A program made the translations under genes and the position numbers. Below are positions 24,205 through 37,832 of a stretch of 64,000 nucleotides of DNA, in pieces (positions within the stretch are counted from its first letter, which is position 1; each line of letters opens with the position of its first letter). The notes beneath the pieces were generated by a model. It was not told the DNA's origin, did not search any database, and saw only the letters and a list, made by a program, of their open reading frames with translations. The DNA is from Amoebidium appalachense (taxonomy: Eukaryota > Protista > Ichthyosporea): positions 5,898,624-5,962,623 of the forward strand of contig CAVNZM010000015.1 of NCBI GenBank assembly GCA_963693365.1. Reading direction: 5' to 3'.

Positions 24205-24352
24205 GTGTGTACGTGTCTGTGTGTACGTGTCTGTGTGTACGTGTCTGTGTGTACGTGTCTGTGTGTACGTGTGTGTGTGTACGTGTCTGTGTGTATGTGT
24301 CTGTGTGTACGTGTCTGTGTGTATGTGTCTGAGTGTACGTGTCTGTGTGTAC
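24205..24352. repeat. 14-bp minisatellite (GTGTGTACGTGTCT)n
   Basis: About 10 adjacent units. Confidence 0.9.
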
Positions 24353-25237
24353 GGTGCACGTGGACATGGACGGCTCTGCCCGATGTGTGTGCATGGCTCT
24401 CATTGTAATTTTTCATGGTTCTTTTATTTCCTTCGCCTTTTCTTTCTTTCTTTTCTTCTTCTTTTTCTTCCGTTTTGGGGGGGGGGGGGGGGGGGGGGGG
24501 GGGGAGAGGGTGGCGAGGGGGGGAGAGGGGGGGGGGGGGGGGGGGGGAAGGGGGGGGGGGGAGAGGGGGGGGGGGGGAAAGGTAGTGTACGAAGTAGGAG
24601 ATATCATGACAAGCATTCAGCTGCGGTGAAAACATATACAGCACCTTCCCCCTCGATATACACACGTGACCAGTATCCCTCTTTCCCCCATTTTAGAAAA
24701 GCTTTATAAGAAATCCTTCATTGTAGGTTCCATAACCACAAGGGAACGACTTATTTCCATACTGAGACACACGCTCGCACATTCTAGCATGTCGTAGCGT
24801 TGCCAATCACGCCCCCTGTAACATCCCTTTTTTGGTACGGGTACGACGGGGAGACAGACAGGATATGTAGCATGAAAGGGATAGCATGTGCGCGTGTGTG
24901 CTTGGGTGGGTGTGTGTGTTGTGGGGTTGGGGGGAAGGGGGGGGGGGGGATGGTGGGTGGGTGGGTGTGTTAGGTGAGGGGGGAAGGGGGGGGGGGCACT
25001 TACCTGCATTGAAGAAATACCAAGGTCTATTAAAATGCTGTCGACGGAATTTGGCCTGTGCAAAATGATGAGTGGTGGTGTGCCCATGAAGTAAGTGCTT
25101 TAGCAATAACCATTTGGTTATGGTTTCGCCTATTTTCCTCTTTTTGTGTGATCATTTTCTTTTGTTTCCCTTTTCATTTCCTCGCTTCGTTCATGTTGTG
25201 AGGATATGGAGTAGTACCAAACCCCTCCATTTGCCCC

Positions 25238-25445
25238 CGTGTGTGTTTCTGGCTGTGCTGGCATGTGCCCACGTGTGTGTTTCTGGCTGTGCTGGCATGT
25301 GCCCCCGTGTGTGTTTCTGGCTGTGCTGGCATGTGCCCACGTGTGTGTTTCTGGCTGTGCTGGCATGTGCCGACGTGTGTGTTTCTGGCTGTGCTGGCAT
25401 GTGCCCACGTGTGTGTTTCTGGCTGTGCTGGCATGTGCCCACGTG
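25238..25445. repeat. 34-bp minisatellite, ~6 copies
   Basis: CGTGTGTGTTTCTGGCTGTGCTGGCATGTGCCCA repeated. Confidence 0.92.
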
Positions 25446-25802
25446 CAGTTGGTGTGCCGGTCACATGTGTGCAACGAGGAAAGGAGGTTTTGGCCCGGGG
25501 GAGGCCAACAACAATGAAGGGGGAAACAAGGGAGGGGAGGGCGGAGGGGGGGAGAGGGGGGAGGGGAGGGATATATAAATGACAAAGTTGGTCTCTGGTG
25601 TACTAGTGTGTGTTGGGGGGATATGTGGCATTAGGATACAGGCAGTGGGCGGGTTAGAACTGCACAAGAGTACACACGGAAGATACCATGCAGGAACCCA
25701 TGCTGAGCAGAGTGGGTGAGATGTGTGCGTGTGTGTGCGTGTGTGTGTGTGTGTGGGGGGGGTGGTTGGGGGGAGGGGGAGGGGGGAGGAGGGGAAGCCG
25801 GT

Positions 25803-25835
<33 letters not shown>

Positions 25836-26032
25836 GGACTTTATGCTATGGTTATGAAGCAACCCAAGCATGGATCCAAACCGGCCCTGCACAAAGTCCA
25901 ACCGATTACCATATATAGCCTTGAGGGATTTGGCCCGGGCCATGGGTACATTCGGGTCACGGTCCATCCCTATGACCCGATTCGAAGGGTTGCTGTCTGT
26001 GTGCATTGCGGTAGTGATCAAAAAAAAAAAAA

Positions 26033-26143
<111 letters not shown>

Positions 26144-26455
26144 TAAAAAAAGGAAAAACAATGGAATGAGAGAAGAAGAAAGACTTTTTTATTTTTTATT
26201 TTTTAAATTCTTTTTTTTTTTTTGGGGGGGGGGGGGGGGGGAGGGAGGGCTCCCGTGCACAGATTTGATCACATATCGGAATGCAGCAAGACAGCGAGCA
26301 AGAGTGTGAATAGGCGGACATTTAGATGGATGCGCACGTGCAGACTTGTAGAGTGCAAGCAAAACCCTACCTGGAAAATGTACACACGCACACAAGCACA
26401 CACACTGGCAAGCACACATAAATATCCACGCGCACACAGACACCCACACACACAG

Positions 26456-26578
<123 letters not shown>

Positions 26579-26805
26579 CAAACACCCACGCTCACATACG
26601 CATACCCCCACACATACACATACGGTGACACACACACACATACACACACAACACACACACACAACACACACACGACACACAGACAGTGTTTTAACCGATG
26701 CATAGAGGTCAGTTGACATGTCCAAATACAATGTCTGCATATCGTACTCATGCCCACACACACAGAGAGAGTGGGAGGCAAAGCAGACACACAAACACAC
26801 ACTCG

Positions 26806-26894
<89 letters not shown>

Positions 26895-27086
26895 AGACAC
26901 ACACACACACACACACAACACACACACGACACACACACAGTGTTTTGACTGATGCATAGAGCTCAGTCGACATGTCCAAATACGCTGTCTACATATCATA
27001 CTCATGCCCCCACACACAGAGAGAGTGGGCGGCAAAGCAGAGACACAAATACAAACCGAGTACACACACACACACACACACACACG

Positions 27087-27136
<50 letters not shown>

Positions 27137-28238
27137 CACACATTACACCCACCCAATATTGCCTGTGTGTGTCCTCCTGCACCAAACGTGCCATCGATAA
27201 ACAGCCCACCAGCCTCGGCTTTCAGCCCGTCCATACACTCATGCAAAAGCACAGGTATGTGTGGCCTGCAGGTGGTGCACGGGTTATTTTTTGGGCCCGG
27301 GGAGGGGAGGGGGTGGGGGTGGGGGGGGGGGTGGGGGGGAGGGGGAGGAAGGGCGGGCTGCAGTAGAGGGGAGAAGGGTGGGGGGGGGGGGGGGGTATGT
27401 AGTATTTCATTATATTCCACTTTATACACTTATTTTGTGTATTGGGGGGGGGGGGGGGGGGGGAGGGGGGGGGGGAGGGGGGGGGGGGGGGGGGGGAGGG
27501 TGGTGACGAGGGAGGGGGGGAGGGGGAAGCGGGAGAGGGGGAGAGGGGGCAGGGGGGGACTAGAATATTTTGTATTAGAGCAGTATTTCAATACATTTCA
27601 CCTTTTGCTTCATGTGTGTGTGTGTGTGGGTGTGGGTGTGAGTGTTGGGGAGGGGGGGGGGGGGGGGGGTTGAAATAGTCGTAAAAGCTATGTGTACCCG
27701 ACACCTCCCGTGCTGAAAACAAGACTGAGAGCCAGTTAGGGCACGCAAGAGGTCTCTTGACAAAGTGCATGGGTAGCCGGTGTAGGAATAGAGATCGGAA
27801 AAACTGAAACACACAGAGTTGAAAGGCCCTGTGTGTCCATATTGGTTTCTGCATGCGCTACAACGGCTCACGTGAACACCATGGCTGAAACCATCTGTCT
27901 CAGCCATAGTGTTTCAAAAAGATACAGGATAGGGCTGGGGGGAGGAAAGCAAGGAGGGTGGGGGGGCGGGGGGTCATACCTCTTGGACTCACAAAAGCAC
28001 CTAAAAGCCATCCTAGAAGAACTCGGCCTAGGCCTAATTAAAAAACCGAGAGGTCTATCTTGTTGCCACAACATGGTGCTCAAATGATGCCCCGACCGGT
28101 TTGTAACAGTGAAGGTAACTAATAGTACATCTGGCAACGGGCAATGTTGCATGTGCACAGACCTGAAGATGTGAGAATGAAGGCCCTAGTTAGCTTTAAG
28201 CGCGTAACTCTCCTATGCAGCTATTAGAAATAGAATAC

Positions 28239-28360
<122 letters not shown>

Positions 28361-29044
28361 CCTCTCTCACTTAACCTTCACTGAGACAAAAACAACTTCG
28401 AACTCATGGGCCGCTCCTCTCCTCGTCCGGAGGCCCAGGCCCGGGAGGAATAGATCTATTTCCCATCTAGACCAATGCTTCATCTTATGTTTTAACCAGA
28501 TTGGTAAACATGGCGGGAAATCTCGATCGCCTCAGATCGTCCGATGCATCGATCTGCCAGATTCATCAGTGAGGGAGGGAAAGACAGAGAAGTGGCCCAA
28601 ACACTTACGAACATTTTGTGTTATGTGTGTTTTTTGTCGATTTCCGCTGAGACTCCACTAAGGATGACATTGTAGGCTAACGTATAGCATGTCCACCTTA
28701 CAGCACCATTACACCTGTTCATAATCGCCAGCGCTGACAACTCAGATCACCCGGCTAACGAGCCACGGACTGTCAGCTGATTTGGTGACACCACGCATAC
28801 GAGTCCTCTTGAATTTTTCCCTTTTTTTTGGCTTTTTTTCTTTTGCGTTGGTTTAAAAGAGGTGATTTTGGAGGCGGTATTTATGGTTGGTTCAAGTTAT
28901 ACAGCTTTGATGTGGTGTTTGATGTAACCGCTTTTGATTCACTTCATGTTTGTTGAACAAGAAATCGCATAGTGGTTCAGAAGATGAAAACCTCTCGGGG
29001 CCAGAGAACATCCCGTTTCTGGAAAAGAAAAAGAAACCTCGAAT

Positions 29045-29290
29045 GATACAGACCGCGAGGAAGTTGCCCATGATGGGGTTGTCAGCTGCCATCACCCTCT
29101 CCATCTAGATGCCAGAGCATGGGTCTCACCCTCTCCATCTCCACTCTGAAACCGTCAACAGGGGCAAAGGCCATGCCCTTGTACATGTTGAAGTTGTATA
29201 TGTTGTCATCTGACGTGCAGTTGGGGTCGGAGGGGTCAAAAACAATACGCTCAAACCATGTGCACACAGGCTCACGTAGTGTAGACATGG
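29045..29290 (-). pseudogene. Fragment of a D5-like (SF3) primase-helicase, frameshifted
   Basis: ERIVFDPSDP...YNFNMYKGM...VEMERVRPMLWHL / MERVMAADNPIMGNFL resembles the IVF.P...FN.F.G...D...V.P.L.H....V.......YL segment upstream of Walker A in viral/Polinton-type helicases. Confidence 0.45.
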
Positions 29291-32206
29291 TTGTGTACAT
29301 TCACGTGCACACCGTGCTGTTCCCCCACAACCAGTCTACGTGCCTTTGTGTCTTCTCGCCAGAGGCTGGAATAGAGCCTCGGAAGCAGCTACCAATCGGC
29401 TGCATCACTTTTAGCTGTATTCCTTATTAGGGCAGTTGCTCTGCACCTTAAGTATGCAGTTAGGAGCGATGCAAAGAACGTGAACACTTTGCCAGCATGT
29501 ATCTTAGGTGTACGGCACACACTGTGTGCCGTAGACACTTTATTGGGCACTAGACATACACATGTAGCACTGTAGTATAACTTGAAGCTAGATTATGATC
29601 ACCCAGGAGAAGCTCATGTACTCATGTATATGTCATGTACTTTATTTTAAGTAGGGCCACATGCCTATTGGCTGTCGCCTTACAAAAGTATGCTAGCAGT
29701 GCTCTCCGGACCGGCGGAAACCAAGGGACTATAAAAGGCTGGTACATTCCAGACTTGGGTCACTTGGGCGGGGCTGTGTGTCCGAGTAAACGTTACACTA
29801 GTCGTGCGGTGTCAGACTAGCTGTAGCACCCGCTTTCTTGTCTCTATACTTACGTGCTTCTCCTAGCCTGCATATGTTAACTAGGGCATAGTATTAGTGT
29901 ATACACACCCTGGTTTTCACTGGCGACCGCGGCAGGACCCAAGGGGGTTGTTGGTCGGATGGCCACGCCTGTACAACCTTGGTTGGAGCCGTTCGCGGGC
30001 TGCTACGACCTTGCCGGTGGGGTGTAGCGCGCGACTCCTCAACGGGAGGGGAGATGTAAACATGGTTGTGTATATTGTCGGACAGACTACGGGAGTCCCG
30101 CCCTGTAGTTAGTCGAGCTTACTGACCAATCAAAATGGTTGGTCGGGAAGCCGCGGCGTTGTCCCACAATCGCACGGCGAACTGTCCCCTATAAAGGGCG
30201 GCAGTATCAGCCAGATCCAAACATTTGGGAACATGCCTGGACTCGAATCGATGAGTGCCGAGGATAAGATCCCATCTCAAGATTGATCAGATCCCATACT
30301 GTAAAAGCAATCTGCGCTGCCGCTATGATACACAACCAAATTTACAGTAGGTATGTTGGAGTACACTGGTACTCCCGGCTAGCAATGTCTGTTAGAGAAA
30401 GTTTCTGAGCAATTGAATAACTGTTTCAACACTCACTCGAGTGCATAGAGCTTTTGTTTACGGTCATATTCATATATGGTAGTTATATGTTTGAGCCAAA
30501 ACTGTACCAATGACGAGCTTCACTAGCAACGTGCTAATTGTGCTCATTAATTAATATTCCCGGTTCAGATGATGTCATGTCTATATTTGCCACAGGATTC
30601 TATTCTTAGAGTGGTAGTGTGCTTTATTCCCGGATATTCTCAGAATATTTTTAGTTGTGTGAAGCAAGATTTACGTTTAACTGCAATTGGTGTGTTAAAC
30701 ACGTTTATTTGTGTGCTTTAGTGCAAGTTAACTAGCCACTCAACGTGCACAGTTAACTTTTATATCTTTAACGACTTGTTTTCATTGTGCTCTCTTTTCG
30801 GCCATGCTGTACATGGCCCACCACCAGGGTGCACACGAGGCCACCATGAGGTGGCCAACGACTATATAAAGCAGTGCCTCCCATGTCACAAACATGGGAA
30901 GCAGAACGTTTGATTTACACTTTTCTACTGTCGTTTCCAGTGCACAAAACACATAGACTAGTTACCCATCATACACGACACTATGTCTGACAACTTACAG
31001 TTGCAGCAACTAGTCCAACTACTGGAGCAGAGGTTGGCCTCACAAGATGCAATCATTTCTGACTTACAGAAGGAACAACGTGCACTAGAACTAGCTTCTA
31101 TGAACACAATGTCCAACAGTTCTCACCCTTGTACCAATTCTCCACCGGGTTTCCTTTCTTGTCTGTTGTGATGTACAGAAACTGCATCGATGCCAATTTG
31201 GTAGCGACTGCGTCCTTTCCACGGCCATCTAGAAACACCAGGCCGTCTAACGCGATTAACATTCCCGGGATAATGACATTTTAACCAAAAAAGGCTATTC
31301 TGCATTCCACAAGGGGGTGCGGCCTACTTTTCATGGCAACCGCGTATCCAGACGATTATGTAATCGTGCATTGAATTTGAAGATCCGAATCGGGTCACAC
31401 CACGCCCCGTAATGCAGCGCTTATCATTTGTAAATAATATATAATCATTTCGAATCGGGCTGAAAGAAAAGCCCGACGGGTATCGCGGAGAAAACTCCTG
31501 CACTTGCCGTACAAACAAAAGCAAGAGTAAGCTTCTGCTCCACTTTTTTTGTCTTGTTGTTGTTGCGAGCACTTTGGGCCACTTTGGGCATATAGTGAGA
31601 ACAAAATAATCTATCTAACATATACCTTCATTTGCAAGGATGGCATACGGCAACTGTTATGGCTGGTAGACCCAGATCCGTTCCGGTTTCTCTCTGTTCC
31701 CGCCCTCCCTCCTCTCACTTTTTGGCGAGCGGACCTCAAGCGTTAGCGTGTTGCTGCTCAGTCCTCGCGACTGTACGGGTTTCCACTTTTCGGTGAAAGT
31801 CGCTACTATATGGCATTGCATGGTGCAAAGCTCTTCATTATAACAGCAGCATCGGCGGCAAAACACCTTGGAAATGTGGTGAGTACAAGAGCTCTCTTGT
31901 CGCTCCGTAACCCCTAACAACCGGCACCGGTCTCCCGGACGGCCCTGTTTGAGTTTCTTTATGTCCCTTGTTACCAAGTATTTTTGTCACAACTCTGACA
32001 TAAAAGGATAACCGTTGTATTTTCTATTGTCTTTTTGCTGATCATGACCCCTCTATTATACAGACCAACTACCAATGTACCTGGGTTCAAACACGACATC
32101 TCTATCTCAACATTTTACCTAAGCCTAAGCCATGTTTTTCCGGTCACTGTTTTGGTTGGAATGTTTGATACACGTGTGTAAGTTCGTGCCTCTCTCTGCA
32201 CACACA

Positions 32207-32277
<71 letters not shown>

Positions 32278-32597
32278 GCACACTCTTATCCCAAAGCTCA
32301 CACACACTCACGTACACACACACACACACACACACAACACATACACACACTCTGTATCTATGAATTTATGTGGATATATGTATATGTATATACGTATTTA
32401 TATATGTCCAAACTGCACATGTTGAAAAAAAACGTCACTACTCAGAGCTACACCTGCACTTCATCGTGCAGGTTATCAGCTAAAGTTGCTTGGTTATTCA
32501 ACATGCTATGCCCGTTTGTTTTTATATTCACAACACGTTGTCTCTACTTTTGCACTACATCTACCCGTTACACATGAATATGAATAGTTTCAAGTCT

Positions 32598-33219
32598 ATG
32601 GCTGATAGATATCTTTTTACTCTACGTGTTGAGTCCCTTCCGGTGTTAGGACCGCAAAAACACCAACTACTAGTAGCCTATATGGCGGATACGGTTAGAG
32701 AGTCTCGTTCATACATAGATTCGTTTATTCGTAATGTGGTGTGGTGTAAAAACGCAAAGATGATTATGGCTTGGCGGTGTAATCGGTTTGGGGTTTACGC
32801 TGTTTACTCGAGGCAAAGAGAACCAGTCTCAGGTATGGGGGGGGGGGGTTTTGCTCGGAATATCCCCTCAGCGGTATATCATGATCACGTACATAGATGT
32901 CGGGTGGTGACTATATATCAGGGTTTACTTTCTCTACGAGACACCATAAAGACTACAAGGTCCTGCTCGTATGTGTAATATGTGTCGGGGGCGGTTTACT
33001 CGCGGCTGCATATCTATCAATAAATGCAACCTGTTAGCTAATGTATTAGAACCGGAGGTTATTGGCGGTTTTATTCTCTTTTCTTCCTCTCTTCCTCAAT
33101 ATATCCGTTTTAAGATGACTATCCTAGATCACCTTCTTAATGCTGCACAGTATGATATTGTGATCCGGTGCCTTAACTTTCTTTCGGAGCTACCGATGCT
33201 AGCATCTGCTTACCCATAA
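32598..33219 (+). mobile_element. 3' fragment of a LINE ORF2 (degenerate C-terminal Zn-knuckle region)
   Basis: MAWRCNRFG...CNMCRGRFTRGC..C...TILDHLLN parallels WRCN...CHLCAEPFSRKHLDKC...TSIDDLLN at the 3' end of the LINE at 39968-40200. Confidence 0.55.
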
Positions 33220-33381
33220 TATGTAATAGGGGTGTCAGATACTACGATGGCGCTCATTGTTGCCTAGCATGTACATATGTCACTGGCTGCATTTGATTGG
33301 CTGTGCTGGAAAACGCAGTAGGCCGTCGAATGTGGCTGGGCCTGCGGCAGTGTCCACGCAATAAAAAGTGTGTAAACCCCG

Positions 33382-34350
33382 TTACACATCTATTTTGCCC
33401 ATAATCACTGCCGCCTTACTTTCCTGCTGATCGAGTTGCGCGGGTTTGGGATGTGCCGTTTTTTGGTTTGCTTTCCCTTTCTGCTGCGCTTTCCTTTGCT
33501 CCTCTTGCTTTTTCCGAAAGGCTTCCAACCTCATTTTGTAGTTCTCGTTTTTGACAAAATTATTGAGGGTGACGTTTGCCATTCGTGCGCAGACCTCCTC
33601 AATATACACCTTGCGGTCCTGACCACACGCGTTGCAGGCTCCGTCTAGTCCGGGAAGGGAAAGTTTGGTTGCCTCCCTTGTGGTCACGTGTGTGAGGAAC
33701 GCGCGCTGATTTGGTTCCTCAAAGAACTTGCTGACATACTTGTTGCTGATAAGCACCTCCGCGGTCCTCGTACACAGGTCGGCAATGCGAAACACTTGGT
33801 CCGTGGGCCATGTTAGGCCACCTCTCGTCAATTCCTGCAGGTACCGTGTCTCGATTTCAACCGCGCCACGGCTTCTGAGATCGTCGATAAAGGCCGGGAG
33901 GATATCCAACGCAAACAACACGGGCTTATCACCAACCAAAGTGCGCTCGGCGGTTGCCAACAACTCATCCACGTCGACAGAATCGGGTTGTGGTGTGGAC
34001 GGGAGGGGTGTCTGCTGCTGTGCAACTTGTTCCACCCGTTGTAATAGTGTGTGTAATTCCGACCATCTCGTGACCCAACCATCTACAAGGTGCTGGAGTA
34101 GAAAGGGTATAGTACTTAACAAATTGGCGGTGGTAAGGGGTTGCGCTGGCGGGGAGGCGGGTAGGAGGGCAAAGGCTACGTAGTGACCATCGGATGTGAA
34201 ATGGACATGACCGGCTAGTATGGGGAAAGGGAGCGTCCCGTTTTTGGTTTCCTTAATTTTCGCGTGGGTTTGAACACAAAAACTCAACGCCACACCGATT
34301 GTGGTCTTATGGGCTGACCAGCCCGGATGGTGTAGAATTGCTTGGCACAC
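33382..34350 (-). CDS. Transposase-derived ORF fragment; C-terminal part P-element/THAP9-like
   Basis: YLQELTRGGLTWPTDQVFRIADLC...C..C...RMANVTLNNFVKNEN matches the RGGL..PS C-terminal motif of P-type transposases. Upstream WVTRWSELHTLLQR resembles the hAT TRWNS motif. Confidence 0.5.
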   Translation of the reverse strand: MCQAILHHPGWSAHKTTIGVALSFCVQTHAKIKETKNGTLPFPILAGHVHFTSDGHYVAFALLPASPPAQPLTTANLLSTIPFLLQHLVDGWVTRWSELHTLLQRVEQVAQQQTPLPSTPQPDSVDVDELLATAERTLVGDKPVLFALDILPAFIDDLRSRGAVEIETRYLQELTRGGLTWPTDQVFRIADLCTRTAEVLISNKYVSKFFEEPNQRAFLTHVTTREATKLSLPGLDGACNACGQDRKVYIEEVCARMANVTLNNFVKNENYKMRLEAFRKKQEEQRKAQQKGKANQKTAHPKPAQLDQQESKAAVIMGKIDV

Positions 34351-34404
34351 GGCATCAGTGAAGTTAGTGTCTGCAAACCTAATTTGGTCTGCAAGGACAC
34401 GAGC

Positions 34405-37400
34405 ATACTCCTGCTCGAATAAATGTAAGTCTAATAGAAGGATGGAGGGGTGTGTCTTTAAAAATATTAGCCGAGAAGAAAGCTAACCGCTTACGAGCCA
34501 ACTCTACCCTCTTTTCGACCATATGGGGAAACATAACACCAACAGAATCAACCGGAACACCAAGATATTTGTATTCTGGAACTACTATAGGTACAGGTTT
34601 AGATGATAATGTAAATGTGTGTAAATTGTTAGCTACATCAGGTACAAGAACACCACATTTGTCTATGTTAAGGATCATAAGGTTTGCCTTGCACCACTCT
34701 GACACTACATCGAACAATCTTTGCAGGCGTCTAGGGGTACGGGCAAGGAGGGACAGATCATCAGCATAGAGAAGTGCAGGCGGAAAGTTATTAATAGGGT
34801 CATCGTTTTCGGCGTAAATCTTGACAGCCAAATCATCTATAAATAGGTTAAACAAAAAGGGGCTAAGCAATGAACCCTGCAAGAGACCTCTAGTACGAGC
34901 AAAACCATATGAAAGATGCCCATTAACCACAGCTCTACCATAGGTTTGAGACAAGAGTGCTTCTAACAGAACACCAATGCAGTGTGGTACACCCCGTGCA
35001 GCAAGCTTTTTGTTGTAATACGTAGTATTTACATATGGTAAGATCTTCTCAGTTTGTGTTATGTTTCAGTTCATATGCTTAGTGTAAATGCCACACTCCT
35101 ATTATGTAAAGTGTAGCATCGATCTCCGATATGCTTGTATACTTGTAATCGTGTTGTATCGGCTTTAATCGTGTATTGTAATATCGATTAGAATATTTAT
35201 ATGTGTGTACACGGATCCACCCACTCAGGGAGAGACGTGTACATGTTCGTGTGTACATAAATATCTCTGGTTATAGTTATGCTATTACTATCTTGTTTGT
35301 TGATCTGTGCTCTCTTTTCCTTCCTCTTTCTCCTTCCTTATTTTCTTTTCTTTCTCTCCTTGTCTTCATGTGTATAATCGTATTTCTTTTCTACTAATAT
35401 ATGTTAGGTAGATTTGTGTTACTTAATACGTGTTCATTGGACGGTAACACACTTAGGCTACACTTAGAATAGCATGTGTGTTTAGACTTCATTAATTCAC
35501 TTTAGTTTTCATGTGTTGCCGGGCTTTAACCAATCATCAAGGTTAAGTGTGATATGTCTGAGTCTTTGCAGTATGTCATAGGTTAGAACTTCCTTGATGA
35601 TGACACGAGTTGATCTTAACTAGTGTCTGTGTCCTATCGTGTACGCCTCCGCGTACCGGATCTCTCTGAAAGCAATTGGTTCTTAGTGATTGGTTTCTAT
35701 TAGAGATGGATCTGATTTCCGACTGGTCGGAAATCATGTATGGATTGGACTTAGAGGAATTTCAGGTATTTATTCGAAGATCAGAATAAATTCAGTTCAG
35801 TCGTGTCTAAACATTGATGTCTGTTGTGTACACTGCTCCGATCGTTCCGTGTTTTGTTGTTGTGTGTGTCTGTGGTGTTTTCACACTGCACCACTGTGTC
35901 TCTGCTTACATCCCAAATACTTATACAATTTAACAGGTTATGGGCCCAGATGCACGCTCCCTACACACACCTAGACCTAGCGATCGTTAAATTCCTGGTA
36001 CACATCATAGCTGTGGTCAGCTCCTCATGCATCTTGGTGCTGAGGCTGTGTACATCCATCCCCGGCGTCCGTCCGTAACCGGTCCCACGTGACTCCTCTT
36101 GACAAGATCTGACTCATCTTGACAAGAGCTTTTGCCACGCCTTGATACCCGTGACATCCTCGCAAGTTCAAATTCCAGCTTGCACTCCTTCCAGCTCCGT
36201 CCTGGTTTCTCTCCGTCACGCCAAACCGTCCTCCACCCTTGGTTCTGCAATCGCGCTCCAAGTTCCTTGACACTTCACCGACGTGGTCTCAACCGCGCCG
36301 CCCTGTCTACCCAGGCCTGAGGATCCTGCATCGAAATCCCATTCCATCCGATTTCGAACCCCGTCGACCCGCATTCGAATATAATTTCACACCCCGTCTG
36401 CGTTCCAATCGACGATAATTTGACACCCCGTCTCGATCCGACTTGACCATCATCCATCAAGTCCATCTGAAGTATCCAAATTCGGTACTTCTTTCCAGTC
36501 TCTACCGTGTTCCACCCCGTCCAAGCCCTTTGTGCTTCCCTCCTCCCTAGGAGTCCCGACCCTGAGTCCCTCCAGAACCGTTTACCGTGTCCAACCTGCT
36601 TCCTTCCAGGATTTCCAACCCTGTTTTCGGCCATGTCTCCCCTTACCGTGCCGTCACTGTCAATGGCCCCCTCACATTCCATTGATCTGCCCTGCATTCC
36701 GGCAGCAGTTTCCCCCCATCACGTGGCCAACCTCGTCGAGATCCCAGCTACCACCAGCTCTGCACGGGCAACAGTTACCCCTGCAGCTGTTTCCCCCCCA
36801 TTACCACCCGACCCCGGCCAGCAAGACATGCTGCCAGGTCCAGTCGTTCCCATCCACGTTTCCAGCCAGCTTGCTGTGCTGCCTTCCCCCGTTTCCAAAG
36901 CCCCTGCATCCGCCCCAGTTAACCTCCTCCGTCCGGAATTACCTGCACTTGACCCTGCCTCCGTCGTGCCTCATCCCAACCCAAATTCCGTGAAGACCTA
37001 CCCCCCTCCCTGTTCGGCCTTTCCCAGTCACCCCGAGCAGCAAGCACCCTCGACGCCCCCCTCAGCGAATTCCAAACTACGACAAGTCTACTCCTCCTTG
37101 GTCATCAATCCCTCCACCGGTCGCCCTACCACGTGTGGCTACCCTCGACACACTGCATCCAAATGCCGTGACCCCCGTTGTCCTGTCTACCGTTTGCGTC
37201 CTCGATACCCCCCATCCCCTATCCTCCCCCCCCCCAGCCTGAGTGGGGTTGTTGTCGTCAACTATGTCGAGTCTGCCAACAACTTGGCTGACATCCTTAC
37301 CAAGTCACTGCCGGGTCCCAGCCATGTCACTCACCGTGATCGACTCTGTGTGCCCGACCTTGTGCAGTGATCATCGTGTGGTCTTCTACTACACCTGGGG

Positions 37401-37770
37401 CCCTGGACAGCAGCTTCCTCTACACTGCTTCCCAGTTGGAACGTCTACTACTACGATTCTGTATATGTATTTTTTTTTTTTTTTTGCCTTAAGTGGGGTT
37501 TGCCCACTTTAAGGGTTCATCGATTAGCACAACACATATACACCTGAGGCTAGCCACCTTTGCGAATACTGGCCGACTCCCAGTCCCACTGAGTCACAAC
37601 ACATAGGTTAATGTTTCCACGGCTGGCTCCCGTTAATATATATATTATGCCTTCACCTGCATATTTTTTTTTTTTTTCCTTGGTTGTTTTCTTCCTTTGC
37701 TGTTGTTGCCCCCCCCCCCCCCCCCCCCCTCCCCCCCCCTTCTCCCCCCCCCCCCCCCCCCCCCCCCCTC

Positions 37771-37832
<62 letters not shown>

